Assembly (NCBI RefSeq): GCF_964355755.1
Contig: NC_092674.1
Location: 29,512,001 to 29,576,000 of the forward strand
Direction of reading: 5' to 3'
DNA: 64,000 nucleotides
Origin: Antedon mediterranea
Taxonomy: Eukaryota; Animalia; Echinodermata
Part shown: in pieces, positions 47,009 to 59,294 of the stretch
How the letters are laid out: each line of letters begins with the position of its first letter
Position numbering within the stretch: the stretch's first letter is position 1
The notes under the pieces: model-generated
What the model was told of the DNA's origin: nothing
What the model saw: the letters and a program-made list of their open reading frames with translations, nothing else
Databases searched by the model: none
Position numbers and translations under genes: made by a program

Positions 47009-49953
47009 GATACGTAAACAAGAAACATAAATCGATGTGAAGAAAAAAATCCTGTGGTACCAATATCGAAGTGCATGATGAAAAAAATCTGATTCCTTGA
47101 CCTCTTGCAATGTAAGTTGTTCTACTTACTATGATGTCTGGAGTTCAGTAAAAATAACTATACGAGCAGCAGTAGTAAAAAAACAAAACAAAAATCGAAG
47201 TGATGGAAAAATCCTGTGCAGGTAGGCCTAAAAATTAATTTGAAGAAACATGTAAACGAAGAAGGAAAAATCTTGTGATAAAATTTGCAGAAATGTTAAA
47301 CGAAGAAAATTAATTCGAAGAAATTAGAAAACAAATCGAAGTGATGAAACAAAATCCAATCTTGGTCGTAAAAAAATAATTCGAAACATTAAAACGAAGA
47401 AGATAAAATCGAAGTGATGGAAAAATCCTGTAAATTTCAAATTGAAATTATTAACCTCTCGATCTTGAGCTAGTTTGTATGGTCCAAAAATTACGTTGAA
47501 AACCCAAATACGTCACATAATTATAAAATTCTTCTCGGTTTTCGTTTTTGTATAGTTCGAAAAAAATGTAAAAGAAACCGGAACAAAGCGAATTAGAAAT
47601 ACGTAATTGTTACGTGTCGTGGTAATACTAATAGATTATGAATATGCCCAGCAACATTTTACAATTACTTTTTATTTAAATGATCGCGATTCATAAATAA
47701 TTTTTAAAGTTACTTTATTATACGCACACTTTCACACACACAAAGCCTTGCTGTTATCCTGAAAAGTTAATTTACAAGCCTAACACTACCATGAGTTATG
47801 AATCCAGGTGAATCGGGATGTCTTGCTGCGTTAGTAACCTACCTTTGGCCACCTGTACATTATACATAATATAAATGACAATAATCCAGTGCGCATGTCA
47901 GGATACTTAAGTTGCACAACTGGGGTTGTATCATGCATGACTAAACATTGTTAGTTAAAACACATAATTGATGTATGATGATGTAACATAAAAAATATAC
48001 ATTCCTTGACTAATTCAACTGAGGATTAATTTTGTAAAAAAAAAATGCTGGTGATGATGCCACGTGATGGGGGAAGTGTGCCGCGTATGATGATGTAGTG
48101 ACGGTGATGATGTCACAATTGAAAATAATCTCTATTGTAATTTCACAATGACAAAGCTATGACATGTTCAGGGACAATTCATAGTATTTTGTCACCGAAA
48201 ATTACACAAGAGAAAACAAAAAGACCAGTGACAATTGTAAAAATTGAAGACACTGATTCTATAGGACAATATCTCAAATAGTGAACATCAATAACAACTG
48301 TCTTCTATAATGCGAGTATGATGATGATTATTACAAGCATATTATATTCATTTGAATACTATTCTAAACACATTTTCTATATTTATGTTAACCAATGCAA
48401 ATAAATTAGCAAATAAATTAGATATGTTGTGGGACATATCTCACATAATCGCAAGATAACAATTTTAATTCGTTTCTACAGGAATCAGTTCACCTACCAT
48501 GCGCCACTAGCTGTGAAATAAACATGATATAAAATACATTATCACAATATGATAAATAGAATAGATATTATAATTAGAAAATATATGTGAATATATTTTG
48601 GATTTATATTATATCTATTCGCAAAGTTGATGGCAACTGCATGCAACTTTTGACAATGCCTAATTTTTTTCATGCTTGATACAACCTAATAAATAGTATT
48701 AATTTATTGCCTAAAGTAACTCGGATGTCTCTCGTTGAACCGATGAGCTGTGAATTAAAAAAACACATAAGACCAAAGAATTATAATTGCTAAAATTACA
48801 ATTCTTTGTACCAGTGATTATTATTCCGACGTGAAAGATAAATGGGTGCCCCACCCCCCGCCCCAACCCATGCTCTATGTTCAATTAAATTTGATTAAAT
48901 TGGCACATTTAATGTGTGTTTTCTTAGTGATCGGTCTTGTTAACTCCACCAGTCAACTCCTCGACCAATCAAATCGTCATAATAATACTCACGGTAGCTA
49001 ATCTTATGCGTGTTAGTATAGCTTGAACCAACACAGTAATTTATATAAAGTAAATTATATAAAAATGAATATGTTGATTCTAATTTGTTAGTTCTTACTA
49101 TGTTCGATGTCTGATGCTCCAAAGCTACGATGAAACAACAAATATAAATCTCAGAAAATCTTGTTTTGGGGAAACCACCGAAACGCAAAAAAACCTCTGG
49201 ACTCTAGTAGTAAGCCAGTGCATCATTTTTGTTTATATTGAATTACAGACTCGTCCACGAGCAGGCTAATTGGGCCCGAAAACGTCTTGCGAATTAAAAT
49301 TCTAATTGAGTTTTCTTTTTGAATGAACTGAAAAAAAGATATACAAGTCGGTAATTAGTTTTATGTGCGTTTTCTGCAAAAGTTTCTATGTTTTTTATTG
49401 CTGATTTTTGTTCATCAGATTAAAACTAGATATTTAATGACGTGATAGGCCGCCTACCACGAGTCATTACAAATACCGGTATTTGGTAGGCTTCACAGTG
49501 TGAAAAGGCACACAGTCAAATTAAATTGTCCTTTGGATATTCAATACGCCCTAAATACTGACCAGAGATTCGAAGGGTCTTTTTTAAATACACATTTAGG
49601 TATATTTGACATGAAACACCATAACTCACCTAAGCTTACTAGTGTCGCCATATTTGACATGCTTCCCCTCTTCAGAAAAAAATAAAAATGCACTAGTTGA
49701 TACCCACAACAAGTCTAATTTAAATATGAAGGTACAGTACAGTAATTTAAATACATTCCAATTATTCCAGAACTCGCTATTTTGATTGGCTTATTTAGAG
49801 TGAATAGAGTCCCCCTAAGTTTATAACATAACAAAATAGTCGCAAAACCAGACGTTGGCTGGAAAAAACTCCAGTTTGGTATTCTAATCATTGTACACTT
49901 TTTGCTTTTGAACGAATTGTGTTGTTTTTCTGAAATTCTATGTCAGAGGAGAT

Positions 49954-51063
49954 ATGTCGTCAAATACACCACCTACCTTGAGCAAGAAAAAAACTATACG
50001 TAGAACCATTAAACGTCTACATCATAGGGTAAACCATTACATAATTTCTTACTAATTGCTGGCTTATAAACAGCTAGCCTAGCTAGGCCTACTATTTCTA
50101 GGCCTAGTCAGAACTAAATACATCGGCGGTGTCGGGGGCCCTTTCCCAGGCGGATCTTACTCTTACGTTAAGCTAGATCTGTGTTAGGCCTAGAATCTAT
50201 ATATCATGTCTTAACGAAACTTTTGGTTTTCATTCACGGTGATTAATTTATTATTATTTTATTTAAAGGTAGAAAAAATATCACAAAGTCATTATGCTGC
50301 AGTGATTACATTCACAAGTGGAAAGTATGAGGTTGCAGGTACGTATGGAGTGCTGATGCAGACAAAAACGAATTTTTATTGTGAAACATATTCAAGCTCA
50401 TCTAATTAAGGCTGACAATTAAATCAATTTGCTACATATATTTCTGGATCCTTTAATTAAAAATGTCAGAAAGTTTACTGCTTCCAAGTATCTATCTATT
50501 CAATAATGGTGTTAAGAAGTTTTAATAAATTATTTTTTTAGGGTCACCAATACTATGTGAAATATTGTCTAAACCGGAGATAAGGGATAGCATACAAGCG
50601 TCTATCAACACAGAAATTGCCAGGACATACTTGAAGTTTCCAGGTAAAAACATTCTTTAACACAGTTTAACATGCACATATATTCTTTTAAAATTCACAG
50701 AATGGATTTTTGTTTAGAACTTGGACAGCGATCATATTTATTATATTGATCATTACGTGTGTTAATATTAATAATAATAATAGTTCATTCTTATATAGCA
50801 CATATAAGCAAGCTCTCAATGCACTGCACAAATATTACCCAGGCCATTTTGGATCAAACACGTATGGAATCATACACCCATAATAATAATGTCATACATT
50901 GTCTTGTGGAAATTGTAACAATTTATTAAAATATGTTTTAATACTAATAGGTAGAATTGAAGAATCAAAAACAGAGAATAAAAACGAGAGGAGCAGTACA
51001 AGCGAAGGCGATCAAGCGGCAGAGAATGTTGAAACACTCATGCAAGACGTACAAAGCAAGTGA
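49954..51063 (+). CDS. Predicted uncharacterised 119-aa protein from 4 short exons; possible MADS/NRF1-like dimerisation fold
   Basis: Exons 49954-50028, 50269-50338, 50542-50643, 50951-51063 joined by GT-AG introns (phases 0,1,1) give 360 nt with no internal stop: MSSNTPPTLSKKKTIRRTIKRLHHRVEKISQSHYAAVITFTSGKYEVAGSPILCEILSKPEIRDSIQASINTEIARTYLKFPGRIEESKTENKNERSSTSEGDQAAENVETLMQDVQSK. No transcript evidence available. Confidence 0.6.
50768..50885 (-). mobile_element. 3' fragment of the SINE family seen at 62835-63114
   Basis: Shares ATCAAACACGTATGGAA.CATACACCCATAAT and a (TTA)n tail with the full copy. Confidence 0.75.
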
Positions 51064-51130
51064 CAATAACATTGAAATAATCGGCAGATTAAAAAACGTG
51101 GGGGCGATGTGAATAAGAAAACAACATCAG

Positions 51131-51273
51131 CAAACTTTATGTGTTAAAAAATGTGATGTACCCATATATGGATTATGATGATGTCATATCACTACCATAT
51201 TTGGGCATATCACTACCATATTTGGGCACATCACATTTTTTTGTCAAACTAGTTTGATAGTGTACACAGAGCT
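51131..51273. mobile_element. Harbinger-type MITE copy, left TIR truncated
   Basis: CAAACTTTATGTG...CACTACCATATTTGGGCA x2...AGTTTGATAGTGTACACAGAGCT followed by TAA. Confidence 0.82.
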
Positions 51274-52225
51274 TAAGAAAACATCATCTTTGTGACATTA
51301 ATCGAAGATTGATTTGGCTTCTTTTTAAAGAATAGAGACACCTGTTTTTGTACACCATCTTCTGAGGATTAAACTACTCCATGTGTGGAAAATGTTTGTG
51401 ATAGCAAAATCTAATGAAAAGCATTTTTTAACAGTATGGGGATAACTGTTAAGACACACATTTCGCATGATGAAGGAGTCGCTTTTATATTGTGTATAAA
51501 CAATATCAATTATAGATAGGATTTAATTAGATAAATCTTTTTTGTTTTGTGTACAGTGAATCAATTTTTAAAATAAACTAAAAGAGGATTTCTAAATGTG
51601 TGTTTTTGTATTGAGCATGGTCCTATAATTAATGTATAGGTCCATGTATGTATAGTTAATTTTTATTAATGATGCGACAATTTGTAATGGCTACCAAATG
51701 AAACTTAATGGATGAAATGAATGAAACATTTCGAAATAAAAAAAGAATTGTGTTACTTTAACTGGACCATTTTGGAAAGCGGTAATACGTTAGACCATTT
51801 TGGAAAGCGGTAATACGTTAGTGAAAATGCAAGCCAGTCAAAAAAGAAATAATTTATTGTATCATAGTCAATAGGAGCTATATTTCCTATACCATCCTGG
51901 CTAGTTGAGAATTCTCAACTATTTTATGTTTTTTTCTACCTTTCTGGGAAATGATATAATCCAAATTGTATTAATACTACCAGTAGTAAACATTTAGAAA
52001 CACTTGCATACCTTCACTAATTTTAGTTGTTTGTAGTTTAAGACAATCTTAGTGATATTTAAATGAAAACAATACCATAAAAACTATTGTGTCTGTATTT
52101 TACAAGACTATGACTTCCGTATAACGTGCATTGTGGGTACTTCAATTTTTATAGAAAAGCTAGGGAATCCTAATTTAGTAGGTAGCATATGGGGGCGGGG
52201 CAACCAAACTTGCTTATCAAATCAA

Positions 52226-53710
52226 AGCACAGTAAAGCAAAGGATAAAATTAATGCACGATCCAGTTTACCACTGTTCTCAACTATAGTCATTTTAGTAT
52301 ACTTGAGCACAGTGATAAAGAATAGGATAAACTTAACAATATACAACAAATAGCATTAATGTACGATCCAGTTTAACACTGTTCTCAACTATAGACATTT
52401 TGGTATACTTGAGCACAGTGATAAAGAATAGGATAAACTTAACAATATACAACAAAAAACATTAATGTACGATCCAGTTTAACACTGTTCTCAACTATAG
52501 TCATTTTGGTATACTTGAGAACAGTGATAAAGAATAGGATAAACTTAACAATATACAACAAATAACATTAATGTATGATCCCGTTTAACACTATTCTCAA
52601 CTATAGTCATTTTGGTATACTTGAGCACAGTGATAAAGAATAGGATAAACTTAACAATATACAACAAATAACATTAATGTATGATCCCGTTTAACACTGT
52701 TCTCGACTATAGTCATTTTGGTATATACTTGAGCACAGTGATAAAGAATGGGATAAACTTAACAATATACAACAAATAACATTAATGTACGATCCCGTTT
52801 AACACTGTTCTCAACTATAGTCATTTTGGTATACTTGAGCACAGTGATAAAGAATAGGATAAACTTAATAATATACAACAAATAACATTAATGTACGATC
52901 CCGTTTAACATTGTTCTCAACTATAGTCATTTTGGTATACTTGAGCACAGTGATAAAGAATAGGATAAACTTAATAATATACAACAAATAGCATTAATGT
53001 ACGATCCCGTTTAACACTGTTCTCAACTATAGTCATTTTGGTATACTTGAGCACAGTGATAAAGAATAGGATAAACTTAATAATATACAACAAATAGCAT
53101 TAAGGTATGATCCCGTTTAACACTGTTCTCGACTATAGTCATTTTGGTATGAGCACAGTGATAAAGAATAGGATAAACTTAACAATATACAACAAATAAC
53201 ATCAATGTACGATGTAGTTTAACACTGTTCTCAACTATAGTCATTTTGGTATACTTGAGCACAGTGATAAAGAATAGGATAAACTTAATAATATACAACA
53301 AATAAAATTAATGTATGATCCCGTTTAACACTGTTCTCAACTATAGTCATTTTGGTATACTTGAGCACAGTGATAAAGTATAGGATAAACTTAACAATAT
53401 ACAACAAATAACATTAATGTATGATCCCGTTTAACACTGTTCTCAACTATAGTCATTTTGGTATACTTGAGCACAGTGATAAAGAATAGGATAAACTTAA
53501 CAATATACAACAAATAACATTAATGTATGATCCCGTTTAACACTGTTCTCGACTATAGTCATTTTGGTATACTTGAGCACAGTGATAAAGAATAGGATAA
53601 ACTTAACAATATACAACAAATAACATTAATGTACGATCCCGTTTAACACTGTTCTAACTATAGTCATTTTGGTATACTTGAGCACAGTGATAAAGAATAG
53701 GATAAACTTA
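52226..53710 (+). repeat. 106-bp satellite array A, ~14 copies
   Basis: Period 106 (TCC at 52261, 52367, 52473...); unit GATCCCGTTTAACACTGTTCTCAACTATAGTCATTTTGGTATACTTGAGCACAGTGATAAAGAATAGG... Confidence 0.97.
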
Positions 53711-54037
53711 TTGCAACTTGTCCATGTCGTATTCATCTACAAATAAAGTGTCTATTACCGTACTTTTAAAAATCTATTTATATCAATACCTATCAACGTA
53801 TGTACGTGTGCATATTATATTATACAAAAATATATACATCAACATAAATGTCATATCATCTACAGTCATTAGTGTTATTTCACCTTTAATATTAGTAAAT
53901 CCAAAGGCAAAATACTTAAATAATAACAATGCTGTGGTCTCAATGGAGATACAAAAAAAGAAGCGAGAAGCTAAATCAAAACGAAATGTGCTAATGCGTA
54001 TAGATATGCTGAGTGGTTTCCGAGAAATATGATTACG

Positions 54038-54623
54038 CATAATATGGCCTTACGGAAAAGTAATACATACCAGGTCCCCAAAAATAAGACAAATAGATAT
54101 GGAAACAGTGCAATCCCGTTTCTCACTCGCTGCCTCAACAGTATTGATTAAATAATAAAAGAAAATAAATGTATAATGTAACCAGATATTAATTAATTTG
54201 ACATATAGGCCTAGTAGAAATTTCTTGAATTTGACTCAATTTATTCTTAATTCTCATTTAATTTTGTATTTAATGTTTTTGTAAATGTATAATTGTAATT
54301 ATTTAATTGTCTGAAGTCGACTTTAATTAAGAAACCAATGTAAATACTGCAACTTAAATTTAAGATTATATTTTTATACTGTAATTAAGCATGGACTATT
54401 CTTTAATCCATGAATTAAGTAATAATGTATATACTATATCCTTGCAATAAGACTATATGTTTTTAACTTTATGTTTACATTTACATATATTTTGTAATTG
54501 CGATAATTTTGTTTAATGATGACTATTACTTTACTTGTCTTTTGAATGTATATTGTCCCTTACCATGCAATTCAGTAGATTTGCTGCCAATTGGTTTGTT
54601 TTTAATAAAGAAAGAAAGAAAGA
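54038..54623 (+). mobile_element. 5'-truncated LINE 3' end (Rex1/Babar- or CR1-like)
   Basis: 54038-54151 encodes HNMALRKSNTYQVPKNKTNRYGNSAIPFLTRCLNSID*, a typical ORF2 C-terminus; AT-rich 3' UTR ends GCAATTCAG...AATAAAG(AAAG)n. Confidence 0.65.
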
Positions 54624-54709
54624 CAGATAAAGTAAAACAGCCAGAACAAGTTAGCAGAGTTTCGGGCAACACTAGCCCTTCATCAGTGCAAGTGAGGGTA
54701 CCTGTACAA

Positions 54710-55530
54710 GATAGTGTTATTTAACGTTTAGTCGATTTATATCAATACACTCATCAACATATGTACATGTAATTCACGTCTACAATCAATAGTGTTAATT
54801 CCACTTTTAAAAGTCGATTTATATCAATATACTCATCAACATATGTACGTGTCCATGTCATATTCATCTATAAATATTAGTGTTATTTCACTTTTAAAAG
54901 TCGATTTATCAATATACTCATCAATATAATGTACTTGTCCACGTCATATTCATTTACAAATCAGTGTTATTTCACTTTTCGAAGTCAATTATATCAATAT
55001 AGGCCTACTCATCAACATATGTACGTGCAATTCACGTCATATTCATATATGATCAATAGTGTACAACTAATAGTGTTATTTCACTTTTAAAAGTCGATTT
55101 ATATCAATATAATCATCAACATTATGTACCGTACGTGTCCACGTCATATTCATCTACAAATATTAGTGTTATTTCACTTTTAAAAGTCGATTTATATCAA
55201 TATACTCATCAACATATGTAAATCGTGTCCAAGTCATATTCATCTACAAATATTGGTGTTAATTTGACTTTTAAAAGTCGATTTATATCAATATACTAAT
55301 CAATATATGTACGTGTCCACGTCATATTCATCTACAAATATTAGTGTTATTTCACTGTTCAAAGTCGATTTATATAAATATACTACTCATCAACATAATG
55401 TACGTGCAATTCACGTCATATTTATCTACAATCATTTGTGTTAATTCCACTTTTAAAAGTCAATTTATATCAATTACTTATGAACATATGTACGTGTCCG
55501 CGTCATTCATCTACAAATATTATAGTGTTA
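54710..55530. repeat. ~88-bp tandem repeat, ~9 diverged copies (further degenerate copies at 53716-53895)
   Basis: Unit GTCCACGTCATATTCATCTACAAATATTAGTGTTATTTCACTTTTAAAAGTCGATTTATATCAATATACTCATCAACATATGTACGT at about 55137, 55227, 55315. Confidence 0.9.
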
Positions 55531-55544
55531 TTATGTTTTTCATA

Positions 55545-58500
55545 TTATCACTGTGCTCAAGTATATGAAAATAACTATAGTTGAGAAAAGTGTTAAACAG
55601 GATCGTGTACATCAATGGTATTTGTTGTATATTGTGCTCAAGTATACCAAATGACTATAGTTGAGAACAGTGGTAAACGGGATCGTACATTAATGTTTTT
55701 TGTTGTATATTATTAAGTTTATCTTATTCTTTATCACTGTGCTCAAGTATACCAAAATGACTATAGTTGAGAACAGTGGTAAACTGGATCGTACATTAAT
55801 GTTATTTGTTGTATATTATTAAGTTTATCCTATTCTTTATCACTGTGCTCAAGTATACCAAAATGACTATAGTTGAGAATAGTGTTAAACGGGATCATAC
55901 ATTAATGTTATTTGTTGTATATTGTTAAGTTTATCCTATTCTTTATCACTGTGCTCAAGTATACCAAAATGACTATAGTTGAGAACAGTGGTAAACTGGA
56001 TCGTACATTAATGTTATTTGTTGTATATTATTAAGTTTATCCTATTCTTTATCACTGTGCTCAAGTATACCAAAATGACTATAGTTGAGAACAGTGTAAA
56101 CAGGATCGTACATTAATGTTTTTTGTTGTATATTGTTAAGTTTATCCTATTCTTTATCACTGTTCTCAAGTATACCAAAATGACTATAGTTGAGAACAGT
56201 GTTAAACTGGATCGTACATTAATGTTTTTTGTTGTATATTTTTAAGTTTATCCTATTCTTTATCACTGTGCTCAAGTATATACCAAAATGACTATAGTCG
56301 AGAACAGTGTTAAACGGGATCATACATTAATGTTATTTGTTGTATATTGTTAAGTTTATCCTATTCTTTATCACTGTGCTCAAGTATACCAAAATGACTA
56401 TAGTTGAGAACAGTGTTAAACGGGATCGTACATTGATGTTATTTGTTGTATATTGTTAAGTTTATCCTATTCTTTATCACTGTGCTCAAGTATACCAAAA
56501 TGACTAAAGTTGAGAACAGTGTTAAACGGGATCATACATTAATGTTATTTGTTGTATATTGTTAAGTTTATCCTATTCTTTATCACTGTGCTCAAGTATA
56601 CCAAAATGACTATAGTCGAAAATAGTGTTAAACGGGATCATACATTAATGTTATTTGTTGTATATTGTTAAGTTTATCCTATTCTTTATCACTGTGCTCA
56701 AGTATACCAAAATGATTATAGTTGAGAACAGTGTTAAACGGGATCATACATTAATGTTATTTGTTGTATATTGTTAAGTTTATCCTATTCTTTATCACTG
56801 TGCTCAAGTATACCAAAATGACTATAGTTGAGAACAGTGTTAAACGGGATCGTACATTAATGTTATTTGTTGTATATTGTTAAGTTTATCCTATTCTTTA
56901 TCACTGTGCTCAAGTATACCAAAATGACAATAGTTGAGAACAGTGTTAAACGGGATCGTACATTGATGTTATTTGTTGTATATTATTAAGTTTATCCTAT
57001 TCTTTATCACTGTGCTCAAGTATACCAAAATGACTAAAGTTGAGAACAGTGTTAAACGGGATCATATACATTGATGTTATTTGTTGTATATTGTTAAGTT
57101 TATCCTATTCTTTATCACTGTGCTCAAGTATACCAAAATGACTATAGTTGAGAACAGTGTTAAACGGGATCGTACATTGATGTTATTTGTTGTATATTGT
57201 TAAGTTTATCCTATTCTTTATCACTGTGCTCAAGTATACCAAAATGATTATAGTTGAGAACAGTGTTAAACGGGATCATACATTAATGTTATTTGTTGTA
57301 TATTGTTAAGTTTATCCTATTCTTTATCACTGTGCTCAAGTATACCAAAATAACTATAGTTGAGAACAGTGTTAAACGGGATCGTACATTGTTGTTGTAT
57401 ATTGTTAAGTTTATCCTATTCTTTATCACTGTTCTCAAGTATACCAAAATGACTATAGTTGAGAACAGTGTTAAACTGGATCGTACATTAATGTTTTTTG
57501 TTGTATATTTTTAAGTTTATCCTATTCTTTATCACTGTGCTCAAGTATATACCAAAATGACTACAGTCGAGAACAGTGTTAAACGGGATCATACATTAAT
57601 GTTATTTGTTGTATATTGTTAAGTTTATCCTATTCTTTATCACTGTGCTCAAGTATACCAAAATGACTATAGTTGAGAACAGTGTTAAACGGGATCGTAC
57701 ATTGATGTTATTTGTTGTATATTGTTAAGTTTATCCTATTCTTTATTACTGTGCTCAAGTATACCAAAATGACTAAAGTTGAGAACAGTGTTAAACGGGA
57801 TCATACATTAATGTTATTTGTTGTATATTGTTAAGTTTATCCTATTCTTTATCACTGTGCTCAAGTATACCAAAATGACTATAGTCGAAAATAGTGTTAA
57901 ACGGGATCATACATTAATGTTATTTGTTGTATATTGTTAAGTTTATCCTATTCTTTATCACTGTGCTCAAGTATACCAAAATGACTATAGTTGAGAACAG
58001 TGTTAAACGGGATCGTACATTAATGTTATTTGTTGTATATTGTTAAGTTTATCCTATTCTTTATCACTGTGCTCAAGTATACCAAAATGACTATAGTTGA
58101 GAACAGTGTTAAACGGGATCGTACATTGATGTTATTTGTTGTATATTGTTAAGTTTATCCTATTCTTTATCACTGTGCTCAACTATACCAAAATGACTAT
58201 AGTTGAGAACAGTGTTAAACGGGATCGTACATTGATGTTATTTGTTGTATATTGTTAAGTTTATCCTATTCTTTATCACTGTGCTCAAGTATACCAAAAT
58301 GACTATAGTTGAGAACAGTGTTAAACGGAATCATACATTAATGTTATTTGTTGTATATTGTTAAGTTTATCCTATTCTTTATCACTGTGCTCAAGTATAC
58401 CAAAATGATTATAGTTGAGAACAGTGTTAAACGGGATCATACATTAATGTTATTTGTTGTATATTGTTAAGTTTATCCTATTCTTTATCACTGTGCTCAA

Positions 58501-58793
58501 GTATACCAAAATGACTATAGTTGAGAACAGTGTTAAACGGGATCGTACATTGTTGTTGTATATTGTTAAGTTTATCCTATTCTTTATCACTGTGCTCAAG
58601 TACACCAAAATGGCTATAGTTGAGAACAGTGTTAAACGGGATCGTACATTAATGTTATTGGTTGTATATTGATAAGTTTATCCTATTCTTTATCAATGTG
58701 CTCAAGTATACCAAAATGACTATAGTTGAGAACAGTGTTAAACTACATCGTACATTAATGTTATTTGTTGTATATTGTTAAGTGTATTCTTTA
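55545..58793 (-). repeat. 106-bp satellite array B, ~30 copies, reverse complement of array A
   Basis: Unit TTATCACTGTGCTCAAGTATACCAAAATGACTATAGTTGAGAACAGTGTTAAACGGGATC... is the reverse complement of the array A monomer. Confidence 0.97.
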
Positions 58794-59294
58794 TTCTTAT
58801 TAATTGTACTAAATTATTAAAAGAAACAGTAGTAAGCATAACATTTCCCCACTCCTACATTAACATGGTAGGACATTGTAATGGTCGCAGGTGGCTCAAC
58901 TTTATTACTGCAATGGGATGGACATGGTCCTACTACCACCTTACCATCCAATAGGATTCCAGTAAATTTCCTTTACTACCAATCATAATTTAAATGACCC
59001 CTTAAGTTAACAAGGAAATCAGCCTATCCCATTATGCCGGTAGGCTTCGTCGTACAGGCGTACTGCGGTAATAGTTGAGAATTCTCAACTAGCCAATTTG
59101 GTATATTTTATATACCTGTCAATAGTCGACTATGATTGTATGCAAGATAAATAAATGGTCATAGCGCCACCAATATGTAACCGACATGGTTACGCTCGAG
59201 TGAGTCTATAGATAAACAAAAACTGTCTTCCTGTTTCCTCTTTTACAACAACAACTGGGTGAAATATGGTTTTTAGCCTATATTGCTGACAATC

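Noticed and set aside
50718-50749. Alternative terminal exon for the hidden gene (acceptor at 50716-50717, ELGQRSYLLY*)
   Set aside because: In frame but very short; the 50951 exon gives a longer, more exon-like frame. Cannot be excluded without RNA data.
57293-58672. Two near-identical hydrophobic ORFs
   Set aside because: Chance open frames created by a 7-bp deletion variant in the satellite.
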